A stretch of DNA of 64,000 bases from the NCBI GenBank assembly GCA_003213595.1, contig QCMR01000001.1, positions 24,148-88,147 of the forward strand. Reading direction: 5' to 3'. Shown here in pieces: positions 57,256-64,000 of this stretch. Positions within the stretch are counted from its first letter, which is position 1; each line of letters starts with the position of its first letter. The DNA is from SAR86 cluster bacterium AG-422-E19 (lineage in GTDB: Bacteria; Pseudomonadota; Gammaproteobacteria; Magnimaribacterales; AG-339-G14). The position numbers and the translations under genes were made by a program. The notes under the pieces were generated by a model. It did not search any database, had not been told where the DNA came from, and saw only the letters and a list, made by a program, of their open reading frames with translations.

Positions 57256-59345
57256 AAAGCAAAGCGCTTCAAAAAAACATCGCAAAAATAAAAGGGGTTG
57301 GTCCCAAAGTTAAAGAAGAGCTAAATAAAATTGGTATTAACCATATCCAAGATGCTCTCTTTTTATTACCCAAGAAATACGAAAATCGAACGAAATTAAC
57401 TTCCATAAAAGATTTAACTCCAGGAGAAGCGTTTCAATTTGAGGGTGAAATTCTTGAAAGCAAGACCATATTTCCAGGTAGGAGATCTTTTATGGCAAGA
57501 ATATCTGACGGCACAGGATTTTTACAAATTAGGTTATTCTATTTTTCATTTGCTCAAGCCAAAGCTTTTAAAGTTGGTCTGTATGTTAGAGGCTATGGTG
57601 TTATTAGGACCAATGGCTCTTTGTTTCAGGTATTTCATCCAAGCTATAAAATCTTTGCATCATCCAAACGTCCTGTTTTAGATAATACCCTTACACCAAT
57701 TTATTCTCTTGGTTCCACAAAACTGACTCAATTTAGAGCAAGAAACATAATTAAAGAATGTTTAAAAGAAATTGAGGAACTAAATCTCAATGAAAAGGAG
57801 ATTGATTCAATGTTTAAACAACAAAAAATTAGTTCTTTATCAGTTAAAGATGCCTTACTGAAAATTCACAGCCCTTCTGTTGATGATGACATTATTAAAA
57901 TCAATAGTTACAAGCACGAAGCTCAAGAACGTTTAATAGTAGAAGAATTAGCGACGAATCTAATTGGAGTCAAAATTGCCTCCGAAAAAATTAATAAGCT
58001 CAAAGCAAAACAAATGCCAATTTCTAAAGAAGAAGTAGAGTTATTTAAAGAAAATTTACCTTTTAAATTAACTAATGCTCAAGAAAGGACAATCAAAGAG
58101 ATTTCAGATGATATATCTCTTACCAAGCCTATGAGGAGATTGGTCCAAGGTGATGTGGGATCAGGAAAAACAGTAGTAGCTGCTGTAAGCATGTACATCT
58201 CGGCAAAAAATAACACGCAATCTGTTTTGCTCTGTCCCACAGAGGTTTTGGCTGAACAACATTTCAAAAACTTTTCAGCATGGTTTAAAAACACAGATAT
58301 AAAAATTGAATTATTAACTGGGAAAATGCCTGTTTCGAAAAGAAGAGAAATCTATCAGGACTTAGAAGATGGCGGAATTGATATTTTGATTGGTACGCAT
58401 GCAGTCTTTCAAGATAAAGTGAAAATGAAAAATTTAGGGCTCGTTGTAGTTGATGAGCAACAAAGGTTTGGCGTAAAGCAAAGATTTGATTTGGTTAAGA
58501 AAAGTTCCAATCAAATAATGCCCCATCAATTATTCATGACCGCTACGCCCATACCAAGAACTTTAGCAATGACAATTTTTGCTGATCTGGAAACATCGAA
58601 AATTGATGAATTACCTCCAGGCAGAAAGCCAGTAGAAACTTTGGTTTACAGCGATAAGAAAAAAGATGAAATAGTAAAAAGATTGGAGACTGTATGTAAA
58701 TCCGGTAATCAAGTTTTTTGGCTTTGTACTATGATCGAAGAATCTGAAAATCTAGATGTTCAAGCTGCAGATGAAGCCAAAGAATGGATTAAAGAAAATA
58801 CCAATGGTTTGAATGTTGGTCTTGTGCATAGCAAACTTTCAAAAGATCAAAGAGATAAGGCCATAGAAAATTTCAGAAGTGGAAAAACCGATGTTCTGGT
58901 TTGTACGACTGTCATTGAAGTTGGCATGGATGTCCCTAATGCTAGTTTGATGGTTATTGAAAACGCCGAAAGACTGGGTTTGAGTCAATTACACCAATTA
59001 AGGGGAAGAGTCGGAAGGAAAGCAGATTTAGATGCTTATTGTGTTTTGATTTATCACGGAGAGATTGGTGAAATTGCTAAGGCTAGACTCGAAGCGATGA
59101 AATCGACAAATGATGGATTTGAAATCTCAGAGATTGATATGAAGCTGAGAGGTACCGGAGAAATTCTAGGAACTAAACAATCTGGAGGAATAGAACTTAA
59201 GATCTCAGATTTATCTAGAGATGCTCATTTAATTAAAAAAGCAGAAAAACTGGTAGAAGGCTTAAATCAAAAAGACGAAGAAATATCTAAAATTCTTCTT
59301 GATAGGTGGCTAGGCGACAAACAAAATTTAATTATTGCTCAATAG
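57252..59345 (+). CDS. recG: ATP-dependent DNA helicase RecG
   Basis: QGDVGSGKT, DEQQRFG, MTATPIPRTL, QLHQLRGRVGR. Confidence 0.97.
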   Translation: MKSKALQKNIAKIKGVGPKVKEELNKIGINHIQDALFLLPKKYENRTKLTSIKDLTPGEAFQFEGEILESKTIFPGRRSFMARISDGTGFLQIRLFYFSFAQAKAFKVGLYVRGYGVIRTNGSLFQVFHPSYKIFASSKRPVLDNTLTPIYSLGSTKLTQFRARNIIKECLKEIEELNLNEKEIDSMFKQQKISSLSVKDALLKIHSPSVDDDIIKINSYKHEAQERLIVEELATNLIGVKIASEKINKLKAKQMPISKEEVELFKENLPFKLTNAQERTIKEISDDISLTKPMRRLVQGDVGSGKTVVAAVSMYISAKNNTQSVLLCPTEVLAEQHFKNFSAWFKNTDIKIELLTGKMPVSKRREIYQDLEDGGIDILIGTHAVFQDKVKMKNLGLVVVDEQQRFGVKQRFDLVKKSSNQIMPHQLFMTATPIPRTLAMTIFADLETSKIDELPPGRKPVETLVYSDKKKDEIVKRLETVCKSGNQVFWLCTMIEESENLDVQAADEAKEWIKENTNGLNVGLVHSKLSKDQRDKAIENFRSGKTDVLVCTTVIEVGMDVPNASLMVIENAERLGLSQLHQLRGRVGRKADLDAYCVLIYHGEIGEIAKARLEAMKSTNDGFEISEIDMKLRGTGEILGTKQSGGIELKISDLSRDAHLIKKAEKLVEGLNQKDEEISKILLDRWLGDKQNLIIAQ

Positions 59346-59483
59346 CTATTCTGAAAATTTACAGGAATCAAACTGACAAGTATCAAAGGTATTCGTATTT
59401 TGAGCGGTTGTCTGTGTTGAGTTACCTCCTCCACAGGAAAATAAAACAAGTAATAAAAAGAAAAAGCTAGCTTTGTTTGTCAC
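59346..59483 (-). CDS. Small lipoprotein (45 aa, GTG start)
   Basis: [20 protein letters not shown]...: lipobox-like LFSC; start overlaps the upstream gene's stop. Confidence 0.6.
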   Translation of the reverse strand: MTNKASFFFLLLVLFSCGGGNSTQTTAQNTNTFDTCQFDSCKFSE

Positions 59484-60015
59484 AATAAAAGTTTCGAAGA
59501 GGTCCGCCAAAATGACCGGTTTTTTTCCCTGCAAACCTATTAGGGCCATGGAATTTCAAGGAGAAACTTCTTTGAATTGAGTCTGACCAAGAAATATAAA
59601 GTTCATTATTTAATACTTTAAATTTTCCAGTTAAAGGATGGTCATTACCAAAAAGATCTCCGTTAGGGCTATTTGCAGATGCATCCCATGTACCAGGATT
59701 CCCAGTTGCAAAAGTCAATGAATAGCCTGATCTTTTGTAGACAGTAAAAGGCGCTGGAGTATTATCTGCGGACCACCCAGCAACACTATCGAAGCTTTCT
59801 CCACTAAATGCCAGACCAGTACATGTCCAGTTACCTAATAACATTTCATCTTTAACCTTTCTCGATGAAGACTTTAATTTTTTCATAACAGAATTCCACT
59901 CAGAAGACCTTAAAACATCTCCAGCTTTTTTATCTTGTGATTGAAGTTCTAGTTCGTCAGAAAATAGATTTAATGATATGAATATTAAAAATACTAATTT
60001 AAAAAACAATTTCAT
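59467..60015 (-). CDS. Secreted hypothetical protein
   Basis: Signal peptide; beta-rich C-terminal part with two Cys. Confidence 0.75.
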   Translation of the reverse strand: MKLFFKLVFLIFISLNLFSDELELQSQDKKAGDVLRSSEWNSVMKKLKSSSRKVKDEMLLGNWTCTGLAFSGESFDSVAGWSADNTPAPFTVYKRSGYSLTFATGNPGTWDASANSPNGDLFGNDHPLTGKFKVLNNELYISWSDSIQRSFSLKFHGPNRFAGKKTGHFGGPLRNFYCDKQS

Positions 60016-60050
60016 AATATGATTTTAAAAAAAATAAGCTCAAATTGCTA

Positions 60051-62033
60051 TTACAACAATGGGGAAATAACTAAACTCACTATTGCCATCACGTTAATAA
60101 GAATATTCATTGAAGGCCCTGAAGTGTCTTTAAATGGATCTCCTACAGTATCTCCAACGACGGCTGCCGAATGAGTATCGGTACCCTTCCCTCCAAGGTT
60201 TCCTTTTTCGATATATTTTTTTGCGTTATCCCAAGCTCCACCGGCATTAGCCATCATTAAAGCCATCGCAACACATCCAATTAGTCCACCGCCAAGCATT
60301 CCACCCAAAGATTCTGCGCCTAAACCAAAACCTACTACAGCAGGCGCACCTACTGCGATAACGCCTGGAATGAGCATTCTTTTCAGAGCTGCTGAAGTTG
60401 CAATATCAACGCACTTCGCTGTATCTGGTTCTGCATTTCCTTCAAGTAAGCCAGGAATTTCCCTGAACTGTCTTCTGATTTCATTGATCATTTCAAAGGC
60501 AGCATCTCCTACTGCAGTCATTGTGATTGAAGAAATTAAGAAAGGAATTGAGATACCAATGAACATTCCTACTAAAACGCGTGGATCTGAGAGAAGCAGT
60601 TCAAACTCTCCTTTATTGTGAGCAACCGTTTCTACGAAGGCTGCGATAATAGCCAAAGCTGCTAGAGCAGCTGCACCAATTGCAAAACCTTTTCCTATGG
60701 CTGCAGTTGAGTTTCCAACCTCATCTAAGCCATCTGTAATTTCTCTGGTCTCAGGACCCATACCAGCCATTTCTGCTATACCGCCAGCATTATCAGCGAC
60801 AGGTCCATAAGCGTCTATGGCCATGGTTATACCAACTGTAGCAAGCATTCCTACGGCAGCTATTCCAACTCCGTATAGACCAGTCAAACTTGTTGATATC
60901 CAAATTATTGTTGCAAGCACGAGGATTGGAAGAACCACAGATTGCATACCAACAGCTAAGCCGGTAATCATTACAGTTGCTGGACCAGTCTCTCCTGATT
61001 TTGCAATTCGCCTAATTGGACTGCTTCCAGTGTAATACTCAGTAATCAATCCTATGAGAACTCCTCCGACTGCACCAGTAAGAACGGCAAGCCAAATATT
61101 AACAAAACCTTCTCCGATGAATAATTGGATTAGAAAATATGCGGCTATGATAAATAAAACTGCCGATCCTATGGTGCCGGTTCGTAAGGCAGCATCAGGA
61201 GACATAGAAGAGAATGCTTTGACAATAATTATTCCCAGAACTGAAGCTATCAGTCCAATAGAAGCAAGCGCAAGAGGCAAAAGCATCATTCCAGAATCAT
61301 CTAAAGTTGATGCAATAGCAATTGAAGCAATCATTGCTCCACAATAAGATTCAAAAATATCAGAACCCATTCCAGCAACATCGCCAACATTGTCACCAAC
61401 GTTATCGGCAATTACACCGGGGTTTCTTGGATCGTCTTCAGGAATTCCTGCCTCAACCTTACCGACTAAATCAGCACCAACATCCGCACTTTTGGTATAA
61501 ATTCCACCACCTACTCTTGAGAATAACGCTACACAGGATGCACCCATTCCAAATCCTTCGATAGCTCTTGCAGTTGCTGGATCTCCACCAAAATAAAAAT
61601 ACAATCCTCCCAAGCCAACTAGCCCTAAAGAAGCAACACACAAACCCATTATCGATCCACCATAAAAGGCAATTGAAAGGGCTACTTTGGAGCCTTTTTC
61701 AGCTGCAGCGGTTGCTGTTCTGGAGTTTGCTTTCGTAGCAGAAAACATACCCAGCCAACCTGCTAAAGAGGAGGAAAGAGCTCCTGCTGTAACTGCAAGT
61801 GCAGTATTAAAACCAAGAGCAAAATAAGATAAAGCGATTAAAACTAAAACAAAGAAAAATAAGTATGTATATTCTCGGCGCATAAAGACCATTGCACCTA
61901 AGTGTATTTGGTCAGCAATTTTTTTTACTTTTTCAGAACCTTCGTCATAACTGACAACAATAAAATAAATAACTAATGCAATTAACAAACCGAAAAGGCC
62001 GAAAATTGGCGGCATAGAAATATAAGTTTCCAT
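60051..62033 (-). CDS. hppA: Membrane-bound ion-translocating pyrophosphatase (K+-dependent, probably Na+-pumping)
   Basis: [51 protein letters not shown]. Confidence 0.95.
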   Translation of the reverse strand: METYISMPPIFGLFGLLIALVIYFIVVSYDEGSEKVKKIADQIHLGAMVFMRREYTYLFFFVLVLIALSYFALGFNTALAVTAGALSSSLAGWLGMFSATKANSRTATAAAEKGSKVALSIAFYGGSIMGLCVASLGLVGLGGLYFYFGGDPATARAIEGFGMGASCVALFSRVGGGIYTKSADVGADLVGKVEAGIPEDDPRNPGVIADNVGDNVGDVAGMGSDIFESYCGAMIASIAIASTLDDSGMMLLPLALASIGLIASVLGIIIVKAFSSMSPDAALRTGTIGSAVLFIIAAYFLIQLFIGEGFVNIWLAVLTGAVGGVLIGLITEYYTGSSPIRRIAKSGETGPATVMITGLAVGMQSVVLPILVLATIIWISTSLTGLYGVGIAAVGMLATVGITMAIDAYGPVADNAGGIAEMAGMGPETREITDGLDEVGNSTAAIGKGFAIGAAALAALAIIAAFVETVAHNKGEFELLLSDPRVLVGMFIGISIPFLISSITMTAVGDAAFEMINEIRRQFREIPGLLEGNAEPDTAKCVDIATSAALKRMLIPGVIAVGAPAVVGFGLGAESLGGMLGGGLIGCVAMALMMANAGGAWDNAKKYIEKGNLGGKGTDTHSAAVVGDTVGDPFKDTSGPSMNILINVMAIVSLVISPLL

Positions 62034-62086
62034 AAGTAACTCTCCCGAGAATAAAAACGCTAATTTACCAGATTAGTAACTATTTT

Positions 62087-63322
62087 TTAACTAATAAAAT
62101 CTTTTCTTGAGAGCTGATTTTCTGAATTTGCAACAATGCAAGAGATAGTCGCATCTCCTGATACGTTGACTGCTGTTCTTAACATATCTAATAATCTATC
62201 AACGCCAATGATTAAAGCGATTCCCTCAACTGGCAATCCTACTTGTTGTAAAACCATGGCTAACATGATGAGTCCTACTCCGGGAACCCCGGCGGTTCCG
62301 ATTGAGGCCAAAGTTGCTGTGACAATAACCATTAAATATTCCATCATGCTCAAATCAACTTGATATACCTGGGCGATGAATACCGTTGCTACACCCTGCA
62401 TGATTGCAGTGCCATCCATGTTTATGGTTGTTCCCAAAGGAATACAAAAAGAACTTACAGATTTATCAACGCCGAGCTTTTCTTCTACAGTTTTCAAAGT
62501 TACCGGCATAGTTGCACTGCTTGAAGATGTGCTAAAGGCAAAAATAATCGCTTCTCTCATTTTTGAGAAGAAAATGAACGGATTAATTTTTGCTAACGAA
62601 GTTAGTAATACGCTATAAGTAAAAATAGCATGAAATATTAAAACCCCTACAACAATTAGAAAATAATTAATTAAGGTGAAGATGATTGATATTCCCAAAG
62701 AGGAGAAAGTTGAGAATATCAAACAGAATACTCCAACTGGGGAAAGCCAAATTACAAAATTAACTATGTTTAAGATAATCTCATTTAGATCTATGAAGAA
62801 CGATCTTACTTTGGAAGTCTCGTTTGAAATTTTGTTTACACCATAGCCAAATAACATAGCAAAAATGATGATCTGAATCATATTACCCTCTGCCATTGCT
62901 TCAATTGGATTGCTGGGAAATAAATTTACAAAAGTATCTTTCAGAGATGGAATGGCATCTTGTTCAAAAGACGAATTACTTACCATGCTGACACCATTTG
63001 CCATTTCAAAGAAAGAGCTCACAAATAAAGCACTAATAATTGCCAATGCAGTAGTGAATAAATAAAGTGCTATTGCTTTAGAACTGATAGACAGGAGTTG
63101 CTTGTCGGAAGTTAGGTTGGAAACTCCCACAACCAAAGATACAAAAACCAATGGAACAACCAGTAATTTAAGAAGAGAAAGAAAAATACTTCCAAGAGCA
63201 TCAATAAATTCTGAAAAGAAATTTAAAAAGCTTGGTAAATTTTCTTGAAAGACAGAGTTTGAGATACTTCCAAAAATTATTCCGAGAAGCATCCCTAGAA
63301 GGATTTTTGCAGTTAAAGACAT
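62087..63322 (-). CDS. Dicarboxylate/amino acid:cation symporter (GltP/DAACS)
   Basis: AFSTSSSSAT, TINMDGTA, SIGTAGVPG, DRLLDMLRTAVNV. Confidence 0.93.
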   Translation of the reverse strand: MSLTAKILLGMLLGIIFGSISNSVFQENLPSFLNFFSEFIDALGSIFLSLLKLLVVPLVFVSLVVGVSNLTSDKQLLSISSKAIALYLFTTALAIISALFVSSFFEMANGVSMVSNSSFEQDAIPSLKDTFVNLFPSNPIEAMAEGNMIQIIIFAMLFGYGVNKISNETSKVRSFFIDLNEIILNIVNFVIWLSPVGVFCLIFSTFSSLGISIIFTLINYFLIVVGVLIFHAIFTYSVLLTSLAKINPFIFFSKMREAIIFAFSTSSSSATMPVTLKTVEEKLGVDKSVSSFCIPLGTTINMDGTAIMQGVATVFIAQVYQVDLSMMEYLMVIVTATLASIGTAGVPGVGLIMLAMVLQQVGLPVEGIALIIGVDRLLDMLRTAVNVSGDATISCIVANSENQLSRKDFIS

Positions 63323-63328
63323 TTGGGA

Positions 63329-63520
63329 TTAGTAGCTTTTTCCACCCTCCAAAGGAACCATCTCAAAATCTTCTTTTCCAACTCCGCAGTCAGGACAAAC
63401 CCAGTCAAAAGGAACATCTTCCCATTTTGTTCCAGGTTCAATGCCGTCTTCAGGCCAACCTTCTGCTTCATCATAAATCAATCCGCAGACAATGCATTCC
63501 CACTTAATGTATTCTTCCAT
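63329..63520 (-). CDS. Rubredoxin
   Basis: CIVCGLIYD...[23 protein letters not shown]. Confidence 0.95.
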   Translation of the reverse strand: MEEYIKWECIVCGLIYDEAEGWPEDGIEPGTKWEDVPFDWVCPDCGVGKEDFEMVPLEGGKSY

Positions 63521-63563
63521 AGCTAAATAAGTTTAATATCTTTATGAGGTTTGGATTATATTC

Positions 63564-64000
63564 ATGTTGGACGTTTTAAAAAACTATTTTTTCCTTCTAA
63601 GACTAGATAAACCCATTGGAGTGTATCTTCTGTTGTGGCCGTCTTTAGCAGCAGTGTGGCTTGCTTCTGAGGGCAATCCAGGGCTTTTAATAATTATAAT
63701 TTTTTGTCTTGGCAGTTTCTTCATGAGATCCGCAGGAGTAATCATCAATGATTACTTTGATCAAGATATCGATAGAAAGGTATTAAGAACATTTAATAGG
63801 CCTATAGCTAACTATTCTGTCTCAGATAAAGAAGCCCTTGCCTTGTTTTCAATATTGTTGATTTTGTCATCAAGTTTGCTTCTTTTTTTAAATCTCAAAA
63901 GTTTATACATAGCTTTATTCTGTATTCTATTAATTTCTACTTATCCTCTGATGAAGAGATTTTTACCAATTCCTCAACTTTACTTGGGAATTTGTTATTC
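63564..64000 (+). CDS. ubiA: 4-hydroxybenzoate polyprenyltransferase (partial, runs off the window)
   Basis: Manual translation: MLDVLKNYFFLLRLDKPIGVYLLLWP...MRSAGVIINDYFDQDIDRKVLRTFNRP...YPLMKRF. Confidence 0.93.
   Translation, partial: MLDVLKNYFFLLRLDKPIGVYLLLWPSLAAVWLASEGNPGLLIIIIFCLGSFFMRSAGVIINDYFDQDIDRKVLRTFNRPIANYSVSDKEALALFSILLILSSSLLLFLNLKSLYIALFCILLISTYPLMKRFLPIPQLYLGICY

Overview
AT-rich, tightly packed chromosomal segment of a streamlined gammaproteobacterium. Gene order and content suggest the marine SAR86 clade; this is an inference, with no marker-gene phylogeny run. About 0-21.8 kb is accessory or metabolic: a heme/iron cluster (long HemC, Shemin-pathway ALA synthase, a Fur-boxed TonB receptor, a Fur-boxed FTR1 permease), a second large TonB receptor, tesA-ybbAP, hotdog-fold and acyl-CoA enzymes, a Coq4-like protein and a COG0523 GTPase with DUF1826. 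About 21.9-64 kb is mostly core: tRNA(CAU), rpoD, dnaG, gshB, purHD, trpEGDC, amgK-murU, lptD-surA-pdxA-rsmA-apaH, cca, folKB, tsaD, rpsU, pyrE, gmk-rpoZ-spoT-recG, a membrane PPase, rubredoxin and ubiA. No integrase, transposase, phage block or CRISPR array was seen. The strongest novelty candidate is the ~230-nt structured 3' region of the Fur-boxed TonB receptor (2848-3079, minus strand). It carries a 13-nt perfect antisense match to the SD and start codon of the neighbouring ALA synthase, which suggests a 3'UTR-derived iron-sparing sRNA that controls heme synthesis.
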